Shown piece by piece: positions 29,992 through 40,346 of a stretch of 64,000 bases of DNA. The notes below the pieces were generated by a model that did no database searches, had not been told where the DNA came from, and saw only the letters and a list, made by a program, of their open reading frames with translations. The DNA is from an uncultured Aureibaculum sp. GTDB taxonomy: Bacteria; Bacteroidota; Bacteroidia; Flavobacteriales; Flavobacteriaceae. The DNA lies in the NCBI GenBank assembly GCA_963976855.1, contig CAXBMA010000008.1:1911-65910 (forward strand). The letters run 5' to 3'. Numbering within the stretch: position 1 is the stretch's first letter; the number at the start of each line of letters is the position of its first letter. Made by a program: the position numbers and the translations under genes.

Positions 29992-31104
29992 ATGAGTAAG
30001 TTTTTGCATATAGTTTCTTTTGATATCCCATACCCACCGAATTACGGTGGTATAATAGATGTTTTTTATAAATTGAAAAGTTTGTCTGAATTAAACATTG
30101 ATATTTATTTGCATGTTTTTGAATACAATCGAGAAAGGTCAAAGGAACTAGAGAAGTATTGTAAACATATTTTTTACTATAAACGCAAGGCTCTCTTAAC
30201 AAGCTTAATGTCAACAACTCCTTTTCGAGTTAAATCCAGATCAAATAAGAACCTTATTGATAATTTAAAAATGAATAATGCTCCAATTTTGTTTGAAGGG
30301 CTACACACAACATTTCCTTTATTGAAAGAGCTCTTTAGCAATCGGTCAGTAATTGTTAGAACTCACAATATTGAACATTTATATTTTGATGGCCTCTCAA
30401 AGAGTGAACAAAGAATTGATAAAAAACTATTTTTTAAGTTAGAAGCCAAGAAATTTTTTGCCTACGAAAGCATTTTAAATAAAGCAAATCATATTTTAAC
30501 TATTTCACCGTCAGAACAAGTATACTTTAATGCTAAATTTAATAATAAAGCAACCTATGTTCCTGTTTTTCATCAGAACACCAAGGTAGCGAAATTATCT
30601 GCGAAAGGAGATTATGCGTTGTACCATGGAGATTTAAGAGTGTCTGATAATGTCAAATCGGTGCTATTTTTAATTGCTGTTTTTAAAAGTATTGATTACC
30701 CCTTGTTAATAGCGAGTAGTTTTGAAAATGAGTTAGTATTAAGGGAAATAGAAAAGCATAAACACATTTCATTTATAACAATTAAAAGCCAAGAACAGGT
30801 GTTGCAATTACTTCATGAAGCACATATTAATGTGCTACCAACATTTCAAAAAACGGGAATTAAATTGAAATTAATAAATACTCTTTTTAACAGTCGATTT
30901 TGTGTAGTAACTAATGATATGGTAGAAGACACGGGTTTAGAGAGTTTATGTAGTATAGGAACTACAAAAGACGAATTTAAAGTAAAATTTCTTGAATTGA
31001 TTGATGCAGAATATACAATAGAGGAAGCTAAAAAGCGCGAAAAAAAATTGATTCTATTTGATGTAACAGAAAGTGCTAAAAAGATAATTGATTTACTGTA
31101 CTAA
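29992..31104 (+). CDS. Glycosyltransferase (GT-B, family 4-like)
   Basis: SFDIPYPPNYGGIIDVFYK, FEGLHT, RTHNIEH, TGIKLKL. Confidence 0.78.
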   Translation: MSKFLHIVSFDIPYPPNYGGIIDVFYKLKSLSELNIDIYLHVFEYNRERSKELEKYCKHIFYYKRKALLTSLMSTTPFRVKSRSNKNLIDNLKMNNAPILFEGLHTTFPLLKELFSNRSVIVRTHNIEHLYFDGLSKSEQRIDKKLFFKLEAKKFFAYESILNKANHILTISPSEQVYFNAKFNNKATYVPVFHQNTKVAKLSAKGDYALYHGDLRVSDNVKSVLFLIAVFKSIDYPLLIASSFENELVLREIEKHKHISFITIKSQEQVLQLLHEAHINVLPTFQKTGIKLKLINTLFNSRFCVVTNDMVEDTGLESLCSIGTTKDEFKVKFLELIDAEYTIEEAKKREKKLILFDVTESAKKIIDLLY

Positions 31105-31772
31105 ACTACCTCAAATACCTTTTCACCATCACATTTAATGGTTTTATGAGGGTATTTTAAGATTAAGGCATAATCATGAGTTGCCATTAAAATAGTTTTA
31201 CCACTCTTATTAATTTCTTCTAAAACACTCATTACTTCAATAGAAGTTTTAGGGTCTAAGTTACCTGTAGGCTCATCGGCCAATATCAGTTCAGGGTCAT
31301 TCAATAGCGCACGTGCTATAGCAATTCGCTGTTGTTCACCTCCTGAAAGCTGAAATGGCATTTTAAATCCTTTGGTAGCCATATCAACTTTTTCTAATAC
31401 TTCCTTGATTTTAGCACTAATTTTGGTGTTGTCTTTCCAACCAGTTGCTTTCAATACAAATAATAAATTATCATGTACGTTTCTATCATTTAATAATCTA
31501 AAATCCTGAAATACTATACCTAATTTCCTTCTCAAAAAAGGGATCTCTTTTTCCTTGAGTTGAATCAAGTTAAAGTCTACTATATTCCCTTCTCCTTTTA
31601 ACAAGGGTAGGTCTCCATAAAGCGTTTTCATTAAGCTACTTTTTCCACTTCCAGTTTTACCAATTAAATACATAAAATCGCCCTCAAAAATATCCAAACT
31701 GATATCAGATAAAACAAGGTTTTCTTGTTGAAAAATGGAAGCGTTTTTTAAATGTAATATTGGGTTCGACAT
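31101..31772 (-). CDS. ftsE: FtsE-like ABC ATP-binding protein
   Basis: GKTGSGKSS, LRRKLGIVFQDFRLL, LSGGEQQR, ADEPTGNLDP, ATHD. Confidence 0.82.
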   Translation of the reverse strand: MSNPILHLKNASIFQQENLVLSDISLDIFEGDFMYLIGKTGSGKSSLMKTLYGDLPLLKGEGNIVDFNLIQLKEKEIPFLRRKLGIVFQDFRLLNDRNVHDNLLFVLKATGWKDNTKISAKIKEVLEKVDMATKGFKMPFQLSGGEQQRIAIARALLNDPELILADEPTGNLDPKTSIEVMSVLEEINKSGKTILMATHDYALILKYPHKTIKCDGEKVFEVV

Positions 31773-32017
31773 GCGTTTGAGTATTGAGTTTACAAACTTA
31801 CATTTTAAATTTTAAATTAAAAAAGTGTTTGTTTACATTCGCTTAAAATTCACCGAGACTCGTTAATTTTGGCTCGATAAATGCTATTATATTTCAAATG
31901 TTAATTTTTTTCTTAACAAAATGTTATATTAATTAACAATTATACAATTTCAATTTAATTAGACGTTGTTTAGTTTAAGTATGTTTATTTTTAACCTATC
32001 GTAAAATCATCTCTAAA

Positions 32018-35000
32018 ATGAAGCATAACAAGAATTTGTTTGTAGCCCTTTTCTTATTCGTATCGGTTACTAGCTTTGCCCAAATGTCGGATATTTATAC
32101 AAATACGCTAAAGGAATATAACCATGCCGTAGATTTATACAATAACAGAGATTTTGTAGCGTCAAAACACCTATTCAATAAGCTAAAAAGTACTTTTGAG
32201 AAGAGTTCTGAATTAAAGGCGAATTGTGAATATTATGAGGCCTTTTGTGCCATTCAACTGGGGGATCAAAGAGGCGATCAGATGATGCGAGATTTTGTAG
32301 AAAGAAACCCAACAAGTACAAAACAAAATACCGCCTTTATAGAGGTAGGTGATTATTATTTTAAAAATGCTAATTATCCGTATGCCCTAAAGTGGTATAA
32401 CCGTGTGGAAACTAGAAATCTTTCGATATCCCAAGAAGAAGATTTTAATTTTAAATACGCTTATGGCTTATTTGCTGTTCGTAGTTATAAGAGAGCAAAG
32501 GAATACTTTCAAAAGCTATTAACTTCACAAGAATACGGTTCACAGGCAAAGTATTATTACGGATTTATTGCCTATCAAGATGACGACTATGATAATGCCG
32601 ATAGGTATTTAAGTCAGGTATCAGACGATAAAGAACTGGGAAGTGATGTTCCGTATTATATGGCAAATATCAAATTTAAAACTGGTAATTTTCAAGAAGC
32701 AATTGACATTGCTAAACCTTTTCTCGCGAAAGCGGATAGAAACCAACAGTCAGAAATATCTAAAATCATAGGTGAGAGTTATTTTAATTTAGAAAAATAT
32801 AAAGAGGCCATACCGTATCTTCAAGATTACAAAGGGAAACGGAATCGTTGGAACAATACGGATTATTATCTATTGGGTTATGCTTATTATAAGCAAAAAG
32901 ATTATGAAAACGCCATTTCTAATTTCAATAAAATTATAGGAGGTGATAATGCCGTATCTCAAAATGCCTATTATCATTTGGCGGAGTGTTACTTGAAAAC
33001 GGAACTCAAAACAGAGGCACTTAATGCTTTTAGAAATGCATCTCAAATGGAATATGATAATGAGATTAAAAAGGATGCGTGGTTAAATTATGCAAAGCTA
33101 AGTTATGAAATAGGAAACCCATATAAAAGTGTCCCAGATGTATTACAGGAATATCTAGATTTGTATCCGAAATCGGCTGCAAAGGAAGAAATAAATGAGC
33201 TACTAATCAGTGCCTATATTACTTCTAAAGATTATGAAGGAGCACTGAAAGCTTTAGAAAATAAAAAGGATGCTACTACGAAAGAAGTTTATCAAAAAGT
33301 AGCGCTTTATAGAGGGATACAATTGTATAATGAAGGCTCCTTAGCAAGCGCAAAAAATCATTTCGAAACTGCAATTACCGAAGCGAGAGACCCGTCGATT
33401 ACCGCAAGAGGGATTTTTTGGAATGCAGAAACGGATTATGCACTGAATAATTTCAAGGATGCCTTGGTAGGTTTTCAACAATACGAGACAATGAACAAGT
33501 CGGATACTCTAGTTGAAAATACTATTTTAGACTATAATTTGGCGTACACCCATTTTAAATTAAAGGATTATACCAATGCGGGAACAAAGTTTCAAGCCTA
33601 TCTTAATACGCAACCCAATGACGTTAATAGAGTGAATGACTCTTATTTGCGACTCGGCGATTCCTACTTCGTGTCGAGCGATTATAATAAAGCCATCACT
33701 ACTTATAACAAGGTGATTTCCGCAAAGGGAATAGATACAGATTATGCACATTTTCAACGAGCGATGAGCTATGGTCTTACCGGAAAAAACAACGATAAGA
33801 TTGTTGATCTAACCAAGTTTTTGGGTGCTTACCCTAAATCTACATTACGAGACGACGTCTACTATGAACTTGGAAACTCGTATGTGAAAGCGAACAAAAA
33901 CAATGAGGCTATTGACGCCTATGACAACTTATTAAAGTATCACAAGCGGAGTTCCTACGTGCCGAAGGCCTTGTTAAAAGAAGGTTTGGTATACTATAAT
34001 ACCGACAGAGGCAATGAGGCATTGGCCAAATACAAAACTGTTGTTCGTGATTTTCCTAATACAGATGAAGCGAAGCAGGCGGTTGCAAGTGCCCGTCAAG
34101 TGTATGTTGATTTAGGGCGTGTTGATGAGTATGCAGATTGGGTTCGCGGTGTTGATTTTGTAAACGTTACTGATGCCGATTTAGACAATGACATGTATGA
34201 ATCTGCTGAGAAACAATACCTTCAAAACAATCGAAAAAAAGCAATTTCAGCGTTTGAAAAATACATAGAAAGATTCCCAAAAGGGGCGCATGCTTTACGA
34301 GCAAATTTTTATTTGGCAGAGTCTTTGTACGCCGAAAGTCAGTTGGCAAATTCAGCAAGCTATTATGCATATGTAACCAATCAAGAGCGCAATGAATTTA
34401 CCGAACAAGCCTTGTCAAGATTGGCACAAGTCTATTTAGAAGCGAATGATTGGAAACGAGCAATGCCCGTTTTAGAGCGGTTAGAAGAGCAAGCTGATTT
34501 CCCTCAAAATATCACATTTGCACAGAGTAATTTAATGAAAGGTCATTATGAGTTAGAACACTATGAAGATGCGGTAATCTATGCAGAGAAAGTGCTAGCA
34601 AGACCTAAAATTGAAACTAGGGTAAAATCAGATGCCCATGTAATTATTGCACGTTCTGCGATAAAAACAACTGATGAAGTAAAAGCAGAAGAGGCTTACC
34701 AAGAGGTTGGTAAAATTGCAACGGGAGAACTGAAGGCAGAGTCGTTATACTATGATGCCTACTTTAAACATAAAGAAGGGAATTATAAAATTTCAAACAC
34801 CGTTGTGCAAAAATTAGTTTCAGATTTTGCAGCTTACAAGTATTATGGGGCAAAAGGATTGATCATAATGGCTAAAAACTTTTATGAACTAAAAGATGCT
34901 TATCAAGCGACCTACATTTTAGAAAGTGTTACTAAAAACTTCAAAGAATACAAAGATGTAGTTGATGAAGCTAAGGCCGAACTGAAAAGAATTAAAACAG

Positions 35001-35044
35001 AAGAGGCTAAAACCAATGAATCAGTAAACCCTGATGAAAATTAA
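32018..35044 (+). CDS. Large exported tetratricopeptide repeat protein
   Basis: Signal peptide (SFA-Q), about 1000 aa of repeated helical Y/G/A TPR patterns. Confidence 0.88.
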   Translation: MKHNKNLFVALFLFVSVTSFAQMSDIYTNTLKEYNHAVDLYNNRDFVASKHLFNKLKSTFEKSSELKANCEYYEAFCAIQLGDQRGDQMMRDFVERNPTSTKQNTAFIEVGDYYFKNANYPYALKWYNRVETRNLSISQEEDFNFKYAYGLFAVRSYKRAKEYFQKLLTSQEYGSQAKYYYGFIAYQDDDYDNADRYLSQVSDDKELGSDVPYYMANIKFKTGNFQEAIDIAKPFLAKADRNQQSEISKIIGESYFNLEKYKEAIPYLQDYKGKRNRWNNTDYYLLGYAYYKQKDYENAISNFNKIIGGDNAVSQNAYYHLAECYLKTELKTEALNAFRNASQMEYDNEIKKDAWLNYAKLSYEIGNPYKSVPDVLQEYLDLYPKSAAKEEINELLISAYITSKDYEGALKALENKKDATTKEVYQKVALYRGIQLYNEGSLASAKNHFETAITEARDPSITARGIFWNAETDYALNNFKDALVGFQQYETMNKSDTLVENTILDYNLAYTHFKLKDYTNAGTKFQAYLNTQPNDVNRVNDSYLRLGDSYFVSSDYNKAITTYNKVISAKGIDTDYAHFQRAMSYGLTGKNNDKIVDLTKFLGAYPKSTLRDDVYYELGNSYVKANKNNEAIDAYDNLLKYHKRSSYVPKALLKEGLVYYNTDRGNEALAKYKTVVRDFPNTDEAKQAVASARQVYVDLGRVDEYADWVRGVDFVNVTDADLDNDMYESAEKQYLQNNRKKAISAFEKYIERFPKGAHALRANFYLAESLYAESQLANSASYYAYVTNQERNEFTEQALSRLAQVYLEANDWKRAMPVLERLEEQADFPQNITFAQSNLMKGHYELEHYEDAVIYAEKVLARPKIETRVKSDAHVIIARSAIKTTDEVKAEEAYQEVGKIATGELKAESLYYDAYFKHKEGNYKISNTVVQKLVSDFAAYKYYGAKGLIIMAKNFYELKDAYQATYILESVTKNFKEYKDVVDEAKAELKRIKTEEAKTNESVNPDEN

Positions 35045-35052
35045 TATCGAGT

Positions 35053-35079
35053 TGTCATTCTTAGCGAAACGAAGAATCT
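35053..35079 (+). repeat. REP-like element in the 42-bp gap between the TPR and barrel genes
   Basis: TGTCATTCTTAGCGAAACGAAGAATCT differs at 2 of 27 positions from 6217-6243. Confidence 0.85.
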
Positions 35080-35086
35080 AAAAAAC

Positions 35087-36826
35087 ATGAAAAAACAAAT
35101 TTCCATACTTATATTGCTCTTTAGTACATTTATTCTTTTTTCACAAGAAAAGAGTAAAGATACTATTGGAACAGAGGTTATAAATGTAGTTAAACCTTAT
35201 TCACCAACCGTTTCTGATGCGTTTAAAATTAAAACCGCACCCGAAATAAACGATCAAGAGATTAGTAAAAAAAGGAAAATAGAATACGCTATTTTTTCAA
35301 TTCCTGTGGCGTCAACCTTTACTCCAAATAAAGGAAAAGCAAAAGTGTTGCGTGTAGACCCTAGTGCCCCTATTTATGATAATTATATTTCTGCTGGTTT
35401 TGGTAATTTTAATACACCCCAAGTGGAGGTCTTTGCACATGGCAGCAGTACCCGCTATAACGAATTTGGTGGTTTTTTTAACTACCATTCATCTAAGGGA
35501 GGTATTGATGGAGTTCAGTTGGATGATAATTTTTTAGATACGCGTTTGGATTTATTCTACAAACAAGACGAGCAAGATTTTGATTGGCAATTAAATGCGG
35601 GTGTAATTTATCAAAAATACAATTGGTATGGTTTACCAGAGCGTAATTTTAATCAAAGTACTATTGAAAGCATCGACGAAAGTCAAAATTACACGGAGGT
35701 TTATCTCGGTGGAAAAATTGCCTATGACGCGTCTTTTTTTCAAGGAGGAACAGCTGAATTAAAACGTTTTACTGACAACGAAGGGAGTACAGAAATACAC
35801 TTTTTGGCCCTGCCGAAAATAGAATTTCCTATTGCTACCGAACTGATTAATGCAGAGGCGAGACTTGAATTTTTAAAAGGAGAGTTTTTTATGAATTATG
35901 AGGGAACAGATAATATTAAATATTCCTTTACAAACCTTGGGTTTAATCCAAATTTTGAAGTCCTACGTGATAACTTGACTTTAAATCTTGGTGTTGATAT
36001 GCTATATAGTTTTGCTTCTGGTTCTAATAATGAAAGTAAGGCCTATTTTTACCCAAAAATAACCGCATCTTATATTTTAATTGATCAAGTTTTAACGGCC
36101 TATGGCGCTGCGCTTGGTGGCTTAAAACAACATTCATATAATAGTTTTGTCGATGAAAACCCATTTGTTTCACCAACTTTAGATATGAGAAGAACAGACC
36201 AACAATACAATGCGTATTTAGGGTTTAAAGGGAAATTAGCATCCAATGTAGCCTATAACTTTAAAGGAGGTTATATCAGCGAAAGAGATAAGCCATTGTT
36301 TAAATTAAATCCGACAAAAACAGAGGGGACTACAACTGTTTCAAAGGGATATGAAGCAGGAAACTCATTCCAGGTAGTTTACGACAATATAAAAACGATC
36401 AACGCTTTTGCCGAAGTGAGTGTTGATTTTTCGAAAGAGCTAAAGTTTGGTGGAAATGTTGAGTTTAATAGTTATAGTACAACTAATGAAACGGAAGCAT
36501 GGGGTTTGCCAAATTTAAAGGCAACAGCTTTTGCGAACTATACAGTAAATAAATGGTTTGCTGGGGCTAATTTATATTTTGTAGGTGAGCGTAAAGACGA
36601 ATTGGTTTTTGCAGTTCCAAATACCATTGATCAGTTAGAATCAACCCCTATAGATGTTGGCAATTATGTAGATTTAAATTTAAATGCAGGATATAAATTT
36701 ACTGATAAACTTACGGCATTTGCAAAAGTGAATAATGTGTTTAACAGTAATTATCAAAAATATACAAATTTCAAAGTACAAGGACTACAGTTCTTCGCCG
36801 GACTCACCTATAAATTTGATTTGTAA
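35087..36826 (+). CDS. Outer membrane beta-barrel protein (usually annotated as TonB-dependent receptor)
   Basis: Signal peptide, EVINVVKPYSPTVSDAFKI, C-terminal NVFNSNYQKY..GLTYKF barrel end; no obvious canonical plug. Confidence 0.7.
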   Translation: MKKQISILILLFSTFILFSQEKSKDTIGTEVINVVKPYSPTVSDAFKIKTAPEINDQEISKKRKIEYAIFSIPVASTFTPNKGKAKVLRVDPSAPIYDNYISAGFGNFNTPQVEVFAHGSSTRYNEFGGFFNYHSSKGGIDGVQLDDNFLDTRLDLFYKQDEQDFDWQLNAGVIYQKYNWYGLPERNFNQSTIESIDESQNYTEVYLGGKIAYDASFFQGGTAELKRFTDNEGSTEIHFLALPKIEFPIATELINAEARLEFLKGEFFMNYEGTDNIKYSFTNLGFNPNFEVLRDNLTLNLGVDMLYSFASGSNNESKAYFYPKITASYILIDQVLTAYGAALGGLKQHSYNSFVDENPFVSPTLDMRRTDQQYNAYLGFKGKLASNVAYNFKGGYISERDKPLFKLNPTKTEGTTTVSKGYEAGNSFQVVYDNIKTINAFAEVSVDFSKELKFGGNVEFNSYSTTNETEAWGLPNLKATAFANYTVNKWFAGANLYFVGERKDELVFAVPNTIDQLESTPIDVGNYVDLNLNAGYKFTDKLTAFAKVNNVFNSNYQKYTNFKVQGLQFFAGLTYKFDL

Positions 36827-36841
36827 TTAATTATTATTTCG

Positions 36842-36890
36842 AGTGGCGTTATGTGTTTTATCCCTTTTCCCTTTTTAACATAACGCTGCT
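36842..36890. terminator. Stem-loop between convergent genes, possible terminator
   Basis: GCGTTATGT/ACATAACGC 9-bp perfect stem extendable by G-U pairs, 23-nt pyrimidine loop. Confidence 0.45.
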
Positions 36891-36894
36891 TGAT

Positions 36895-37941
36895 TTAACC
36901 ATACATTTTTTCATAGTACTCTTTGTAAGAGCCAGAAGTAATGTTATTTAACCAATCTTCATTTGCCAAATACCAGTCGATCGTTTTTGACAAGCCTTCT
37001 TCAAAAGTTACAGACGGTTTCCAACCCAATTCTTTGTTTAGTTTAGAAGCGTCTATGGCATAACGCTTGTCGTGACCAGCTCTGTCTTTTACAAAAGTTA
37101 TTAGCTTTGTCGCAGTACCTTGTGATTGCTTTAATTTTTCATCCATCTGTGTACACAGCAAATGAATTAAATTCAGGTTTGTCCATTCGTTAAAACCACC
37201 AATATTATAGGTTTCATTGTGCTTTCCTTTATGGAAAATTAAATCAATTGCTCTGGCATGATCTTCCACAAACAACCAATCGCGGGTATAATTACCATCT
37301 CCGTAAACGGGTAAGCTCTTACCTGTTTTTATATTATTGATAAAAAGTGGAATTAATTTTTCTGGAAACTGATTGGCTCCATAATTGTTCGAACAATTAC
37401 TAATTATAAATGGCATTTTGTACGTATTTCCGAAAGCCCTAACAACATGATCAGAGGCGGCTTTTGACGCTGCATAAGGCGATTGAGGGTCGTAAGGAGT
37501 TGTTTCGGTAAATAGCCCTGTATGACCTAATGAACCATAAACTTCGTCAGTTGACACATGATAAAATAATTTAGTGTCATAATTGCCATTGCAAGTGTCT
37601 CTAAACGCATTTAATAAATTTGCAGTACCCAACATGTTGGTTTCAATAAATTCATTGGGATTAGCAATAGAGCGATCTACATGACTTTCTGCAGCCAGGT
37701 GTATCACAGCATCAAACTTATGGTCTTCAAATAATGAATTTATAAAAGGAATATCGTTTATATCCCCCTTTATAAAAGTATAATTAGGAGCGTTGGAAAT
37801 ATCTTGGATGTTTTCGAGGTTACCAGCATACGTCAGCGCATCTAAATTGAATATTTGATAATTTGAATATTTTGTAACAAATAGGCGGACTACATGTGAA
37901 CCTATAAAACCTGCTCCTCCAGTAATTAATATATTTTTCAT
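36895..37941 (-). CDS. rfbB: dTDP-glucose 4,6-dehydratase
   Basis: TGGAGFIGS, LTYAGN, HLAAESHVDRSI, STDEVYG, YAASK, SNNYG. Confidence 0.96.
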   Translation of the reverse strand: MKNILITGGAGFIGSHVVRLFVTKYSNYQIFNLDALTYAGNLENIQDISNAPNYTFIKGDINDIPFINSLFEDHKFDAVIHLAAESHVDRSIANPNEFIETNMLGTANLLNAFRDTCNGNYDTKLFYHVSTDEVYGSLGHTGLFTETTPYDPQSPYAASKAASDHVVRAFGNTYKMPFIISNCSNNYGANQFPEKLIPLFINNIKTGKSLPVYGDGNYTRDWLFVEDHARAIDLIFHKGKHNETYNIGGFNEWTNLNLIHLLCTQMDEKLKQSQGTATKLITFVKDRAGHDKRYAIDASKLNKELGWKPSVTFEEGLSKTIDWYLANEDWLNNITSGSYKEYYEKMYG

Positions 37942-38013
37942 GCCTGTTTCATGTAAACGGTTAATTTAAAATAAAGCTTAATCTATAAGATTATAGTGGT
38001 AATAAAGTACTAA

Positions 38014-39027
38014 TTACTTCAATGTTTGCTGCCATTTCCACGCGTCTAACAATGCATCTTCCAGGCCTAATTCAGTCTTCCAATTTAATTCGTTGTTGGC
38101 GAAAGAGGTATCTGCGTATGCTTCAATAATATCGCCTTCTCTACGATCCACAATTTTATAATTTAATTTTATAGCATTCACCTTTTCAAAGGCTTTGATT
38201 ACCTCTAAGACAGAACTGCCTTTGCCAGTACCTATATTAAAAACCTCAAAGGGTGTTTTGTTATTATTTTCTAATAATCTTTTTAAAGCAACAGTGTGTG
38301 CCTTGGCCAAATCAACCACATGGATATAATCTCTAACTGCAGTTCCATCTAAGGTAGGATAATCACCACCGAAAACAGAAAGTTGTTCTCGAATACCAGC
38401 TGCAGTTTGCGTCACATATGGAATTAAATTTTGTGGAACACCAATAGGTAGTTCTCCAATTTTAGCACTTTTATGTGCGCCAATAGGATTGAAATAGCGC
38501 AGAGCGATTGCTTGTAAATTGGATGCTTTGGTAGTGTCAGAAATAATTTCTTCACCTATCTGCTTGGTGTTTCCGTAAGGTGATTCAGCTGCCTTAAAAG
38601 GCGCAGTTTCAGTAATAGGCATTCTGTCTGCTTGCCCATAAACTGTGCACGAAGAACTAAAAATAAAGTTTGCAATACTATTGCTATCCATCGCTTCCAA
38701 TAAATAAATTAATGAAGAAATATTATTGTGATAATATTCTAAGGGCTTATCAACACTTTCACCAACGGCTTTTGATGCTGCAAAATGAATTACACCTTCG
38801 ATATTTTTGTGTTTTGAGAAAAATGTAGCGATTGCATTTTGGTTTTTTAAATCTACATTTTCATAGGTCGGTTTTTGGCCGGTTATTGAACTAATTTTGT
38901 CTAGAACCTCAATCGAAGAGTTCATTAAATTATCAATAATCACAACCTCATAACCTTCATTCTGTAATTCAACAACAGTATGTGACCCAATAAATCCTAG
39001 TCCTCCTGTAACTAATACCTTTTTCAT
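38014..39027 (-). CDS. galE: UDP-glucose 4-epimerase
   Basis: TGGLGFIGSH, HFAASKAVGES, SSSCTVYG, YGNTK, LRYFNP, RDYIHVVDLA. Confidence 0.95.
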   Translation of the reverse strand: MKKVLVTGGLGFIGSHTVVELQNEGYEVVIIDNLMNSSIEVLDKISSITGQKPTYENVDLKNQNAIATFFSKHKNIEGVIHFAASKAVGESVDKPLEYYHNNISSLIYLLEAMDSNSIANFIFSSSCTVYGQADRMPITETAPFKAAESPYGNTKQIGEEIISDTTKASNLQAIALRYFNPIGAHKSAKIGELPIGVPQNLIPYVTQTAAGIREQLSVFGGDYPTLDGTAVRDYIHVVDLAKAHTVALKRLLENNNKTPFEVFNIGTGKGSSVLEVIKAFEKVNAIKLNYKIVDRREGDIIEAYADTSFANNELNWKTELGLEDALLDAWKWQQTLK

Positions 39028-39029
39028 AA

Positions 39030-40343
39030 TTAATTTGTAACTATTTTCCTGCCTACAGATTCATAATAAAAACCGTTGTTTTCCATCACCTCTAAATCGA
39101 AAATATTACGTCCATCAAAAATGGCAGGATTGTTCATTAACAATTTCATTTTCTCGAAATTTGGCGAAATAAACTCACTCCATTCAGTACAGATTAATAA
39201 ACAGTCGGCCTCTTTTAAGGCCTCATAAGCATTCGAAGCAAAGTTGATTTTATTACCATAAAGCTTCTCTGTGTTAGACATAGCTTCAGGATCGTATGAT
39301 GAAATTTGCACATCTTGTAATAACAATTCATTAATTACATCAATAGCAGGTGCTTCTCTTATGTCATCAGTATTTGGTTTAAAGGCGAGGCCCCAAACAG
39401 CAATTTTTTTATTTTTTAATTTATCATCAAAGTATTTTGACACTTTAGGAATTAATGATTTTTTTTGTTTGACATTAATATCTAATACAGATTTTAAAAT
39501 CTTAAAATCGTAACCGGTTTCATCACTAGATTTTACTAGGGCATTTACATCTTTAGGAAAACAAGAACCACCATATCCGATACCTGGATATAAAAAGCGA
39601 TTGCCAATTCTAGCATCTGAGCCCATTCCTTTTCTCACCATATCTACATCGGCGCCAATTATTTCACAAAGATTGGCAACCTCATTCATAAAGGTAATTT
39701 TAGTAGCTAAAAAAGTATTTGCCGCATATTTAGTAAGTTCTGCCGAACGCTCATCCATATAAATAATGGGTCTATTTACCGTTATAAACGGTTTGTACAA
39801 TTTAGCTAAAACTCCTTTTGCTTTTTCACTTTTTGTGCCTATAATAATCCGCTGAGGTTCCATAAAATCTTTAACAGCATAGCCTTCTCGTAAAAATTCA
39901 GGGTTTGAAACAACATCGAATGGAATGGTTGTATGACTGGAAATAATATTCTCTACAATGTCTGAAGTACCAACAGGAACGGTACTTTTATTTATTATAA
40001 TTTTATAATCTGTAATTATTTTCCCCAAACTGTGCGCTACCTCTTCTACATACGATAAATCAGCTGAGCCGTCTTCATCTTGAGGTGTTGGTAAGGCTAA
40101 AAAAATAACAGTAGACTCTTTAATAGCTGCTTTTAGATTTGTTGTAAAATACAATCGCTCACCCGAAATATTTTTATTAAAAAGCTCTTCTAAGTTAGGT
40201 TCGTAAATAGGCACTTTTCCTTGTTGCATTTGTCTAACCTTCTCTTCATTAATGTCAACGCAGGTCACGGTATTACCCATGTCAGCAAGACAAGTTCCAG
40301 TTACAAGACCAACATACCCCGTTCCTATTACGGTTAAATTCAT
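39030..40343 (-). CDS. ugd: UDP-glucose/GDP-mannose 6-dehydrogenase family protein
   Basis: GTGYVGL, KSTVP, NPEFLREG, TKYAAN, GYGGSCFPKD, AFKPNTDDIRE. Confidence 0.92.
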   Translation of the reverse strand: MNLTVIGTGYVGLVTGTCLADMGNTVTCVDINEEKVRQMQQGKVPIYEPNLEELFNKNISGERLYFTTNLKAAIKESTVIFLALPTPQDEDGSADLSYVEEVAHSLGKIITDYKIIINKSTVPVGTSDIVENIISSHTTIPFDVVSNPEFLREGYAVKDFMEPQRIIIGTKSEKAKGVLAKLYKPFITVNRPIIYMDERSAELTKYAANTFLATKITFMNEVANLCEIIGADVDMVRKGMGSDARIGNRFLYPGIGYGGSCFPKDVNALVKSSDETGYDFKILKSVLDINVKQKKSLIPKVSKYFDDKLKNKKIAVWGLAFKPNTDDIREAPAIDVINELLLQDVQISSYDPEAMSNTEKLYGNKINFASNAYEALKEADCLLICTEWSEFISPNFEKMKLLMNNPAIFDGRNIFDLEVMENNGFYYESVGRKIVTN

Positions 40344-40346
40344 AAT

